NCBI RefSeq assembly: GCF_009834535.1
Contig: NC_045696.1
Span: 94,738,001 to 94,802,000, forward strand
Origin: Camelus ferus
Taxonomy: Eukaryota
Direction: 5' to 3'
Length of the DNA: 64,000 nt
Below, piece by piece: positions 51,401 to 64,000 of the stretch (position 1 is the first letter of the stretch; each line of letters begins with the position of its first letter). The notes under the pieces are model-generated. The model was not told the DNA's origin, ran no database searches, and saw only the letters and a program-made list of their open reading frames with translations. The position numbers and the translations under genes were made by a program.

Positions 51401-51958
51401 TTGAAGAGAGATATGGAAATACACATAGTCATACATTGAGAGACTCCAAGACAGTACCACCTTTAGGAAGGCAAATACACCTTTCACAAACATTCATATT
51501 TACTAAGAAAATCATATACTACTCTAAGAAGGTAGGTTCCGAGTAGGAAGAATAATGAAAGCCATATAATTACTTCTCTTTAATTCTCTATTATGTCCCC
51601 TATTTGCTTAAAATCTCTCTCAACTTGATTAAGTAGTTTAATTTTCCAAGTCTGCATCTCACTTTATGCATAACAGGAGAACACTGTTTATGTGAAAGAG
51701 TAGAGCCATAAAGGAAAACAGTTCAGAAGATGGCTGCCGTGTTTGCACTAGAACGTAAGTTAAAGGTTCCAGTGTTGGGACCCGATAATGCAGAAGCAAG
51801 TGGTCTCTTGCCACTCTTGATATCAATTTTATGGTTCATAATTCAGCTTTACCACTGGTTAGGTAGTGAGCATTAACCTTCTAGTCAACCTATTCACCTA
51901 AACCAAGAAGTTTGATTTTTGCAATTGTTTTAAATTTAAGAATAATTACTTTACTATG

Positions 51959-52126
51959 CAGGAATTGGCAGACTAGAGTCAAGGGGTCATATCTGGTCTG
52001 AAACTGTCTTACATTTTTTAAAGGATTGCAAACAAAGTAAACAAACATTCTGCCACCATGAACTTACAGGCTTGCAATCCCTGAAATATTTACTATCTAG
52101 CTCTTTACAAAGTTTGTTAATCCCTG
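51959..52126 (+). mobile_element. MER58-like hAT-Charlie MITE
   Basis: CAGGAATTGGCAGACTA...AAATATTTACTATCTAGCTCTTTACAAAGTTTGTTAATCCCTG. Confidence 0.75.
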
Positions 52127-52499
52127 CTCTGTTATATAGCTTTTAGGGTATAAGTGGGAAACACTGAATAATGTATTTTTATTCTTTATTATTTCAAGTC
52201 TCTGTTGTATATTACTTTCCTCTCCTCCAACCTTTCAATATTTGCAACCAGGGTTATAGCCACTCATGCTTCAAGGATGTATGTATGTTAAAGTATAAAG
52301 GCAGCTCGTTATACATCAAATATTTTAAGACTTAGGACACTCATCATACTGTCTCTTGTAGTTTGGAGCTAAGAGATTTGTATGTACGTCTCTTCTTTAA
52401 ATGCTCAACATTAGAATCAGTTAATTACTGGATATATATATATTCTTTTTTCTTTTTTAAACATGGCGTCATTTGGAAACATGCCCAGTAGCTTGGTAG

Positions 52500-52980
52500 C
52501 TGTGATTGCTTGTGACATCCCAATATCAATTCTCTCCCTTTCTGTTTAGTAACAGAATCCTTATTTTACCTTGGTACATTGGTACCCACTTCACTTGCAG
52601 CTAGATGTGATTATGGGACTAGATTCTAATCAATGGGATGGTTGCAGAAAAGTTAAGTTGGACTTCTAGGTAATCTCTTGCAAGAGAATGGCTATATCCT
52701 TCTCTCTTTCCTTCATCTTGCTGCCTGGAATGAAGATATAGATGGCTGGAACTGTAGCAGGCATATTGGAACATGAAGATGAGGATCACACCAAAGAGAA
52801 GGGAGTTCAGGGAACTATAGAGTGCCTGGGTTTCTGAAGTTTTGAAAGTTTCCATAAAACCTGTACCCTCCAGACTTACTTTATGTGAGATAAAAATTAA
52901 CTTGTATCTTGTTTTGGTTACTATTATGTTTTATTTTCTGCCATAGATGGTAGAATCCAATCCTTTTTAATATATATATC
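52500..52980 (+). mobile_element. MLT1 (old MaLR) LTR
   Basis: CTTGCAGCTAGATGTGATTATGGGACTAGATTCTAATCAATGGGATG...CTGCCTGGAATG...GATGGCTGGAACTGTAGCAG. Confidence 0.7.
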
Positions 52981-55900
52981 AACAAGTTGTGTTCACTCAT
53001 GGTAAAACATCATAGCAACATTAATTTAAAAAGGGAGGAGCTTATTGATTATATAGTAAGGATCATGAAAATGTATTTAAATTTGCTTCTTGAATTTATC
53101 TTCAAACATGTTATACCTACCACTAAATATAAAATATTGTAAGATGTGTCTGCACATATATACATGTATAATGACCAGGAAATAAATAAATATGCATATA
53201 TATCTCACTAGGATACAAAAAACTTCTCTAGACCGTTGTGATGAACAACTTAAAGTTCCAATCTTCTGTCTGGTCTTGAGCAGAACTGATTAGCCATTCA
53301 GAGATCTTACGGCTATGAAGCACAAGTAAACATCATCCAGGTACATTTCTTTAGCACAAAGCAAATTTATCATAGAGTTAGGAAATTCTGTCGAAAATAT
53401 GTGGATTATATTATTTTGAAAGAAAGGTTATGTTTTCTGTTCTATTTATATCTTGTTCCTTGATTTTCAACAGCACTTGTCAGGTGGTACTAATTCATTA
53501 ACTTCTATCAGTGAATAAACCTGCTATTCAGCAATCTCAGAGTCTGTCTTCTACCAGGGATATCATATTTTTGTGTCTCTGCAAATAACATACCTTCACT
53601 GACCCATCTTGTAATTTTAAACGTTTGTTATCTGTAAATTTTTACAACCTGGCTGGGTGGAAAGATATTAGACCCACATGTGAAATAAGAAAAAAAAATA
53701 CATGTGTAGAATAATGCCCAGCAATGTTTTCATTTTCGTAAGTAATAATAGATTCAGAGTGAAGTACAAATTGCTTGTAAACATATTAAAATAACTAACT
53801 GCCCTCCAGTTAACTCAAAGTATAAACATTAGTCTTATAAAATAATAAGCAACTCTTCTTCAAATATCAGGAAACTGAAGCATAGAAAGCTTAAAGTTGC
53901 AGTAAGTAGATACTGGAGGTAGGGTGAGAATCTGTATTTCTTTATTTCCAAACTGGTGCTCCCCTGGATATGATGTAAGGCATTTTAGAAATGATGAATT
54001 ATTGATGGATGTCAAGCTGCTGTTGACTCTTCTGAGCAAGAGATTTAAAATTCATTTCTAGCTTGTACAAAAGCTTTGGAATTAATTGTAGACACCTGCT
54101 AATGTCTTTGCTCTGTCCTTTACCAGACGAGATTATCACTAAACCTCCACCGTTCGTGTTGCTCTCACATTCTGCCCCCGACTGGTTCCACTGCTTGCTC
54201 GTCAGAGCAGATATATTACCCTTCTCCTGCCCAGAGGCAGAAAATGACATGGAATCAAATCATACTCCAGGAAATAAGAATCCTGAAGTTTTAATGATAC
54301 AGCTGGTTTTGGTATTTTAAATTCTCTGGTTCATTAATAAAAACCTTGCACTTGCTGCTACTACCCTGAAGCCTATAAATATTGGAAAAGAGCAAACACT
54401 TCTCTGAAATATCATTATTATCTACTAAATAAATTATTTACAAAGTGGCTAATGATATTAAACCACCGAAAATGCAAAGAGAGAGAAGTTATTGGACAAA
54501 ATAAGTCACAGTGGGACTATTCTGGCCAATCTGTTTGGGCCAAACTCAGAGAAAAGCATCAAGGAGGTAATTTTATAAAAAGGAATGATGATCTGAGCAA
54601 TTGCTGGATGTTTGTTTCTACCAGTAAAACCATTTAGAATAAAGTCACATGATAGACGATGTCCAGTGGGAGACTGTAGCTACAGAGAAGGGACTGAAGG
54701 CCAAGTTTTAGTTCTCTCTTTTCAGCATCCTGCCCCCATCCTCCCGCACAACTTCATAATCACATTCAGCCCCATCTTGACTCTATTTCATTGTTAATAT
54801 TTCTGTGTCTCTAGCCAACATATTTTCTTTTGTCAATGAGAAATAAAACTGCATTAGCTGCTTTGTTATTAGATGGCCAGTGTTCTTAACCATTGGTTTC
54901 TATATGCTGAGTGCTTAAGGTGAAGAGGTTGTGTGGGTTATTGACTAGTGAAAGATAAAATGAGCTCATTGAGAGGTATTTGGAAAATCTGCCAGGATCT
55001 GACTCCATGGAGTAACTTTAAAAGCCCAAAACTGGTAAGAGTTCACAAGTAAACAGAAGTCCAGGACTAACAGTTTGACATATATGATGACAGTGGGTGG
55101 AAAAAAACCAGATACTTCATTCAGGAAAAACTATACTGTAGGACACTTGTACAGTCCGTGGTAATTAGAAGTGTGTCTTTGTGCATGCACATGAGTCGTA
55201 GGAAGAGGAGGTGAGATGACTATGAGAGGGGAGTGTGAGACAGTTTTGTGATGGAGTTCCAGAGAGAGAAATTTGTTAATGCCTTCTTAGAGTCTTCAGA
55301 ATGGAAACTGTTTCTTAAAGGAGAAGGAGGAGAACTCAGAAAGGAATTGTTGAGTGACAACCTCACCTCCCTGGTCTACAGAAATTAATTACAGCTGCTG
55401 ACCTCAAAGTACCAGAGGAAGCAAAACTCAGAATTACAGCTGAGAAAAGCAAGTGTAAGGCTCAGAATGTTTATGCGGATTACTGGCCAGAGTCTGGAGA
55501 GTCAGAGAATTAAGTGTCATAGTTTTGAGTGCAGGTCGCATAAAGTCAAGTCCTGGTCCCAGCATTCAGACATTGCAGGGTTGAAGGGAGTTTCTGACTT
55601 TCTGTGTCATAAATCATACTCATTGAATTTTTAGTCTAGATTCCTCCACTTATGTTCTAAAGGGTAGAAGTGGCAACTGCCCACTGTAACATAACACCTC
55701 TTTGGAGATTGCTTAGGGTCTTCAGTGAAACACTGGAATTTCCATGACGTTAACCCAGACTCTTGAGCAACATCAACACAATGGTTATTATCATCAAGTA
55801 TGAATAACTCTAACTCTACAAATTCAGGAATATAAGAGATATAAGAGTCTTCCTTTTCTAAAGCTCCACTTAATTTTTTAAAATTTCAATTGCCTCTTTT

Positions 55901-57397
55901 GTCTTGCTCATGGAGGGTGGGGATGGGGGAAGGAACAAAAATCAAACTGTGACTTTAATGTTGCAAGGAGTCCTTCATGCTCATTTATCCACAAATATGT
56001 GATATTTGCAATGCTTAGGTGGGTAGGGTGCAGGGAGTCATTCAGCCATTGGTTATCCATGGTCCTTGGTTACTCTGCCCCGGTCTTCTTATTACCCACC
56101 CCACCCTTGGTTACCCTACTTCATCATCAGTTAATTAGCTTTCATAGACCTTCGTATACCTCAATTCCCAGCCATTTCTGTGCCATTCCTGGGGCCATGG
56201 GCATCTTTGCCAAGGCTGCCTATGGTCCTACCTGCCCCAGCACTTACATAGTCACTCCTCTCTCAAGTCAGGTTACTTTCTGTTGGCCTTGAACCAAAGG
56301 GTACCAGACATGTTTGGTCTGAACTTACATCAAACTTAGATCTCACCCCTCCTTTTTCCTACCCCAAATCTGCCATATTTTTTCAGATAACATTGCTTAA
56401 TTTTAAAACATACTGATTTAAATCAATTATGTAAATAATTTGCATGCTATCTTCCTTTCTTAAATTTTGTTTTATTTTTAAAAAACTATAAAGTCCAAAC
56501 AATAAAAAAGCATGATTTTAACAGAAAAGATCTGATGCAGTAACTCCCACCTCCCTCAGGAAATATTTTCCAATTTGTTGTTCTTATTCCTGCCTGGTAC
56601 CCGGGAAAACACCTGCCAAATTAGGTCTTCACTGTGAGAAAATTCATGAATCATTTTACATCACCCCTTTGACATTTCCTAGTAAAATAAAAATGACAAA
56701 TAATTAGAATGAATCTGAAAAAGTTTATTTTAGAATTACATGCTTTGTAATCCATAAAGTTAAGTATCGTCTCTGAAGGTGGAATTGAATTTTGTCTCTT
56801 TCCTTATGTAAATGTCAACAGAATGAATTCCAGATTTGTTCTGCAGTAAGCTTGAGAATATTTTAAAATATGAATCACATCTTTATATTAGTTATCTTAA
56901 GTTTTCTAAGGAATTTATTGCAAAGAAATGAGCACGGTCATCTCACATGATAAAATGGGGCCTCAAAAACTTAAGCAAATCTTCAAAATATGTAAATAAA
57001 AAGTTGAAATGGCAAGAACCCAGAGCTTCATTGCTCTCCCAAGTCTGCATTGCTGTGCTGACAGTGATTAGGTGAAAGTTATCATTGGAGAATTCAGGTA
57101 ACCGCAGTGTAAATAACGTTGCTCCCATTCTGTCTGTTGTAATTAAACACTGCTTGTTATTCACAGAGTAAAATCTGTGTCCTATTGAACTCTTTTCCCA
57201 AAGAGATAAGAGACAAATTGAAGGATCACCTAAATTCACATTTTGTCATGAATAACTTCTGTTGTAATTTAACTCATAAACATATTTCAAGATTTCCCAT
57301 AGGTGATGGAAAAAAGAAAAATTACCAGGATGACATATTTATCACAACTGAAGCTTGATGTGATTGCTGTAGTCTTATCAGCTAGTAGAGCACCTTT

Positions 57398-58160
57398 TTT
57401 TAAATTGAAGTATAGTCAGTTTACAATGCTGTGTCAATTTCTGGTGTACAGCACAATACTTCAGTCATATAGGAACATACATATATTCATTTTCATATTT
57501 TTTCACCCTAAGTTATTACAAGATATTGAATATAATTCCCTATGCTATGCAGTATAAACTTGTTTATTTTATATATATATTAGTTACTATCTGCAAATCT
57601 TGAACTCACAGTTTATCCCTTTCTACCCCCTTCCCACTCTGGTAATCATAAGTTTGTTTTCTATGTCTGTGAGTCTGTTTCTGTTTTGTAAATAAGTTTT
57701 TTTTTTTTTTTTTTAGATTCCATATATAAGTGATATCGTGTGGTATTTTCCTTTGTCTTTCTGGCTTACTTCACTTAGACAGTCTCCAGGACCATCCATG
57801 TTGCTGCAAATGGCATTATTTTATTCTTCTTTATGGCTGAGTAGTATTCCATCGTGTAAATATACCACAACTTCTTTATTCAGTCATCTGTCAGTGGACA
57901 TTTAGGTTGTTTCCATGTCTTGGCTATTGTAATAGTGCTGCTGTGAACACTGGGGTGCAGGTGTCTTTTTGAATTAAGTTTCCCTCCAGATACATGCTCA
58001 GGAGTGGGATTGCTGGTTCATACGGTAAGTCTATTTTTAGTTTTTTGAGGAATCTCCATACTATTTTCCATAACAGCTGCACCAAACTACATTCCCACCA
58101 ACAGTGTAGGAGGGTTCCCTTTTCTCCACACCCTCTCCAGTATTTATCATTCAGGACTTA
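57398..58160 (-). mobile_element. 5'-truncated camelid-type LINE-1
   Basis: 3' UTR plus ORF2 end; TSD TAGAGCACCTTTT / TAGAACACCTCTT at 57386 and 58161. Confidence 0.92.
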
Positions 58161-58249
58161 TAGAACACCTCTTAAAGAAACAGAGGCCTTATCCTTAGTT
58201 AAGAGAGTATGCCAGTGGCAGGGGAAAACACTTGATGGTGGTGTGTTGC

Positions 58250-58515
58250 ACTTGTTCACTCAGCGAACTTTTATTGAGTACCTGTTATATGACAGGCACT
58301 GTTATAGCAGGGAACAAACTAGATCTAGCCTCAGCTCTCATGCAGCTTACATTCCAGTGAAGGGAATCAGATAGTACATAGCCACATCAACAAACATGGT
58401 AACCATAGATAGTAAGATAATCATGAATACAGGTAAATATGGATAGTCAGCAGGGAGGGTGATGACACAGGGAGGGGGATTAGGATGTGGCTAGTTCAGG
58501 GAAGACCTCTTTGGA
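58250..58515 (-). mobile_element. L2 3' fragment
   Basis: TTCACTCAGCGAACTTTTATTGAGTACCTGTTATATGACAGGCACTG...CAGGGAAGACCTCT. Confidence 0.7.
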
Positions 58516-59871
58516 GGAGGGAGCAGAAAAGTGCTCAGGAGCAGAGTGACCCTCAGCCCTGAAAAGAGTGTGGGGGCATGTGGGCAGAGCTAATCCAGAT
58601 CTGATACTGGACACACGAATGTTTCATAATCATCACAGAGTCCCTGTCTCTGAATGCGAATGCATTGCTTTCAGTCTGTTTTCCAGAAACTGGTTTTCTT
58701 TGCCAACTCTCTCATTTTCTGTCAGCAATCCTCTAGTTCACTTAAAGAGAACAGAAAGAGTGATCAACACACCGGTGGCAGCCAAGCCACCCTCGTTTAC
58801 TGGTTGGCTCATGGGTAAATTTGGTTACCGAGAATTAACTTTCCCTAGTCAAAAAGCAGAAACGAACTACCAAGAAAATTGTTGTCAGGATAGACTTTCT
58901 AGCTACTGTTATAGAAGGAACTGATCAGTTTGGGACTCAAGAGAAAGATAATCCAAATAAGCGACAGAATTACAATTCAAAAGAGGATTATCTAGGTTAA
59001 CAAAGACCATGCAATAAGGTGTTTTAGACCCATATGGGTTTAGACCCACCTTAGACCCATAACAGGTTAAGCTGTCATATATCCTATTTATAGTTATATG
59101 TATGTGTATTATGTAAAATTAATATGTAAATGAAATTGTCTGTTAAGAGACCTATACACAGTTTGTACATGGTGTTGATTTAGGTTTTTTCTTGTTTTGT
59201 TAAAATTTGTTTTCTTTATTTCATATAAAGTATAAATTACATCTTAAAGCCTTATGATAAAAATTCAATTTACAAATTTTTAGATGGTTTAGGTGCTGTT
59301 GTGTGCCCAGTATTCCATAGATCCCAACCATCCATGATACTACATTTGACCCTTTGCTTAAGTTACAAAATTCTGAATGTAATCTGTGTGATTTCTAAGG
59401 AATATAAAAAATCTAGTTCTCCATCATTTATACACCTAATGATTTTAGTGCCAATCATTAATTCTTCCCTGACTCAATATTTTCATCAGGGTTTGTGAAA
59501 TTTTTGCATCTAACATATTATTTCTTCTACATATGTTAGTTGTTCTTTTCATAAATAATCTCTTTCATCATCTGTCCCTAGAATTACAAAGCAGCATCAT
59601 TTCTTCTAGAAAGCCTTCCTAGACCACCAGGGCTATTGTCCCGTAGGTGAGCTCTCTTAGTCCTCTGCACAAAGCCGTGTCCTCATCTGTTACCAAAACA
59701 TATCAAGATGAGGCTGTAAGCACTTCAAAAGCAGGGCCAGAGTATTATCATTGATTGTGTATCTAATGTGTATGACACCTTGTAGGAGCTTAGTACATGT
59801 TAAACTACTTTTTCTCAGCTAGCAATGCTAACATCATTTCTGCATTCTGAAGATAATGCATGTTCATTGAG

Positions 59872-60880
59872 ACTTCCTAGAAGAAAACTTGGGGGAATTC
59901 CTTTAAAACCATGGACTGGGGAAGACGTGTCTTAAGTATGGCCCAGAGGCCAGAAAGGAAAAGATTGATGAATAAGACACACACACACACACACACAATT
60001 ACGTTACAATAAAACATTATAAACAAAAGGCAAATAAATATTAAAACCCTGGGGAAAATACTTACATCTCATACTTTGGGCAAAAAATGAATTTTCCTAA
60101 GTTTATGAAGCAGTTCTAGAAAGTGAAAACAAAAAGACCAATGAAAACAATAGAAAATAGACAAAAGATATGGACAGACAGTTTGCTGAACATAAAATAC
60201 TGATGGCCCCCAATCTTATGAAAAGATCTTCAAAAAAGAGCATTTACTAATAAAAAGAGAAATATGAAATTCTCACTGAAATCTCATTTCCTATCAGATT
60301 GGAAAAAATCCAGAAGTTTGAGAACATACTCTGTTGTCAAGTTTGTGGGTAAATAGGCTTTCTTATATATTCCTGGTAGACATGCAAAATGGTACAACCC
60401 CTATAGCAGGAAGACTGGCAATGTTTACTAGCTCTGAAGATGTATCTACCTTTGACACAGTCATCTCACTTCTGGAAGTCAGTTCCACAAGTATACCTAC
60501 ACATGTATGAAACCAGTTGCTCAAATGACAGCACATCCACCCGGTGGACTATTATGCCACCGTAAAAAAGGCTGATGAGGCCCTCTAGTGACTGATGCTG
60601 GATGTTCTCCAGGATGGACTGCTAGTAAAGAGACGGGTGTGTGTCAGTGTAGATAGTAAAAGAGGGAGGAAAGGACTATATAGTATTCATATTTCCTTGA
60701 GTTAATGAATCATGGAAAGATAAATAGGAAATGAATAGAATCATTACCTAGAATGTGTAGAGGAAAGAATGAGGAAAAAAAGGGACAGAGGCAAGACTTC
60801 TCTGTGTGTACTTTCTTGTTCTGACTTGTGAATCATCCAGGTAAATGTAACTATTAAAAATTATTTGTTAAAAAAAAGCA
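59872..60880 (+). mobile_element. Ancient L1 (L1ME-like) 3' fragment with (CA)n at 59977-59997
   Basis: CCTAGAAGAAAAC...AAAAGATATGGACAGACAG...CCTATCAGATTGGAAAAAATC...GCAAAATGGTACAACCCCTAT. Confidence 0.75.
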
Positions 60881-61974
60881 CTGCCTTTCCAAACACAGCA
60901 AGGCTGTGAATATTAGTTTTGTGTATACAACTTATGTTTATTTTTATTCAATTATATATGCAGATCACAGTTATATATGCAGAAATAAATGTCACAGTAT
61001 ATGAGTGTGCAAAGAAGAGAGCTTGGAATAGTGGGAAAAGCATAATTTTAAAACCAGAGAGATCAGGATTTCAAATATAGCTCTACTGTATAATTAGGGA
61101 TTTGGTCTTGATTTCTTTCGTTCTTTGTTTTCTTCTTCTATAAAATGAGGCTAAGAACTTCAGACTCCTAAAGCTCTTGTAAGGGTCAATGAGAAGAAGA
61201 TACGAAGAGTCCTATCATGTCATCTAGCTCATCGGTCACACAGCTAGCAGATGCAGAGCCTGGAATTTGACCAAGCTGTCTGCTTTCTGGAAGCTCTCTC
61301 CCTGGCATAAACCCACATCCTGTGACAGTTCTGAATCAGGAATAATTCTCTTCCCTTCTGGTCATCCTAACACTTCCTTGGAAATTTAGCCAAGATCTTA
61401 CTTTCGCCATGAAGATTTCTTTTCTAGGGATTCTATTTCAATTATGGTTCATGCTACAAACTTCATGAGTTTCATATATTCATTTTCTTGTCTGCTAAGA
61501 GCCATAGATCTTTTTTATTCTTTCCTGCATTTAAAAACAATAGCTAAGCACATAAAAATGCTCAATACAGTTTTGATGGTCTATTTTTATTTCTATATAT
61601 GACTGAAAACCTAAATATTCAGTAGCAAAGCCTAACTCTAGAGTACCAATTGTTCATTTTTTGATCTGTGCCACCTTTAATTAATGCCTTTTAACAGTCT
61701 GCTAAATGTGTTTCTTTACAGATCAAATACCTGTAGTTAAGATTATTTTTAATGAAGAAGTAGTTTGCTTAGGAATTAATAATAAAAATAACAAATGCTT
61801 ATATTGAGGGCACAATATCATTTAAATATTTTACACTGTAGTGTTTTATAATATTAATTTAAGTCAGGTTATATCACCATCAGAACTGATATTTAATTAT
61901 AAATTTGGCAATCTTTCATAATTTTTCACTTCACTACTCTTTGTTAAGAAAGTTTTGCTTGTATTATTTTTGAT

Positions 61975-63545
61975 AGACTTTATTTTTTAAGAGTAGTTTA
62001 AGGTTCACAGAAAAATTAAGTGACAGATACAGAGATTTCCCACATACCCCCTGCACCAACATATGCACAGTCTTCCCTGTCGTAAACATCGCCCATCGGA
62101 GTTGGTACATTTGTTACAATTGATGTACCTAAATTGACATGTTGTAATCACCCAAAGTCTGCAGTGTACATTAGGGTTTATTTTTGGTTTTGTACATTTT
62201 ATGGATGTGGAGAAATCTGAAATGGCATGTATCCACCTATGTAGGAGTGCCATATAGAATATTTTCGCTGACCTAAAAATTCTCTGTGCTCCTGCTGTTC
62301 ATTCTTCCCTCTGTCCTAACCCCTGAAAAATCACGTCTCTTTTTATTGTCTCCATGGTTTTGCCTTTTCCAGAATGTCATATAGTTGGAATCATGCAGTA
62401 TGTGCACTTTTCAAATTGGCTTCTTTCACTTTGTAACATGCATTTAAGTGACCTCCATATCTTTTCACGGCTTGATAGTTCATTTCTCTTTAGTGCTGAA
62501 TAATATTCCATTGTTGGGATGCACCACACTTTATTTACCCATTCAGCTATTGAAGGACATCTTGGTTGCTTCCAGGGTTGGGCAATTATGAATAAAGTTG
62601 CTGTAAACAACCATGTGCAAATTTTTGTGTGAATGTAAAAGTTTTCATTTCATTTGAGTTAGTAGCAAGGAGTGTAATTACTGGGTCATATGGTAAGAGT
62701 ATGTTTAATTTTGTAAGAAACCACCAAACTACCTTCAACGTAGCTGTATCATTTTGCATTCCCAGCAGCAATGAATGAGAGTTCTTGTTTCTTCTTACTA
62801 ATTTTCTCATTATCCTCACCAGTACTGTGGTGTTGTCAGTGTCTGAATTTTGGCCATTCTAATAGGTATGTGCTGGTATCTCACCGCTATTTTCATTTGC
62901 ATTTCCTTCAGTACATGTGTGGAGCATCTTTTCATATGTTTATTTGCCGTCTGTATATATTCTTTGGTGAGGTGTCTGTTAAGGTCTTTGGTCCATTTTC
63001 TAATCAGGTCGTTTGTTTTCTTATTGTTGAATCTTAAGAGTTCTTCGTGTATTTTGGATAACAGTCCTTTATCAGATATATCTTTTGCAAATATTTTTTT
63101 TCCTGTCTGTCACTTGTCTTTTCATTCTCTTGACATTTTCTTTCATAGAGCACACATTTTTAATTTGAATGAAGTCTAGTTTATCAGTTCTTTTCTTTAT
63201 GGATCGTGCCTTTGGAGTTCTATCTAAAAAATCATCTTCGAACCCAACATCATCTCTATTTTCACCTAGTTTTGCAGTTTTGCATTTACATTAGGTCTGT
63301 GATCCATTTTAGTAAATTGTGTGAAGGGTGTTAGGCCTGTGTCCAGATTCTTTTTTGCCTGTAGATGTCCAGCTGTTCCAGCACCATTTGTTGAAAAGAC
63401 TCCCTTCGCTCCATTGCCTTCCCTTTGCTCCTTTGTCAGAGATGAGTTGTATATTTATGTGGATCTATTTCTGGCCTTTCTGTTCTGTTCCATTGATCAA
63501 TTTGTCTATTCTTTTGCCAATACCACACTATCTTGATTACTGCAT
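61975..63545 (-). mobile_element. L1MC1-like 3' fragment
   Basis: 3' end AGGTTCACAGAAAAATTAAG...CAGAGATTTCCCACATACCCC; ORF2 remnant MFTATLFIIAQPWKQPRCPSIAEWVNK. Confidence 0.9.
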
Positions 63546-64000
63546 TTGATTACTCTTTAACAAGCATTTATTATATTTTAGTATTTGTCATTCTAATTCA
63601 TCTGAAGAAGTACTTACCTATCTTGCTGAAAATAGCATATTATCAAGACCAGGTCAGAGGTGTGGGCAGATCCCTTGTTATCTATGAAATTTCCACATCT
63701 CACGTGTAGTTTTCAGTCTCATTGTTCCATATTTCTTGGTTGGCAATTCAATACATTTTCCTTCTTACCATGGAAAAATTTTGCTTCTGATAGCATAAAA
63801 CTATAGTTTAATTGGAAAAAAACACCTAAGAAACAATTTAAAATACAAAATTAATACCAATTTTGTATAAAAGCTAATCATTTTTTTTGTTTGATTGATG
63901 GAGCCCAAAACCAGGGTGAAAACTGGCAAGTTTACCATGGGACCTAGGATTAGAGTCACACCTCAGAACTCCTTATTTTTTTTTTTTCTTTTGAATCACA

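Noticed and set aside
1..64000. CRISPR arrays, rRNA, operons or other prokaryotic systems
   Set aside because: The sequence is mammalian and has no regularly spaced repeat-spacer structure.

Overview
Mammalian genomic DNA, almost certainly camelid (five copies of the tRNA-derived vic-1-type SINE plus artiodactyl-type L1 3' ends). It is AT-rich, repeat-dense and has no intact protein-coding gene that I can support. Two gene relics stand out. (1) A full-length processed pseudogene of MOCS3 (UBA4) on the minus strand, 38989-41817, with TSD, poly(A), a mutated start codon, frameshifts, a retained CpG island and a solo ERV1 LTR in its 3' UTR. (2) A chain of about 9 minus-strand exon remnants (12805 down to about 170) behind a promoter with a perfect RFX X-box. 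Conceptual translation gives repeated SAXO/TEX45-like motifs broken by stops and frameshifts, which suggests a lost (unitary-pseudogene) ciliary microtubule-associated gene that I cannot name. The rest is L1 (one with both ends and TSD, one nested, one twin-primed), SINEs, MIR/L2, LTRs and DNA-transposon fossils, plus CTCF motifs. Repeat subfamily names and homology calls come from recalled consensus sequences, not from searches, and boundaries of old repeats are approximate.
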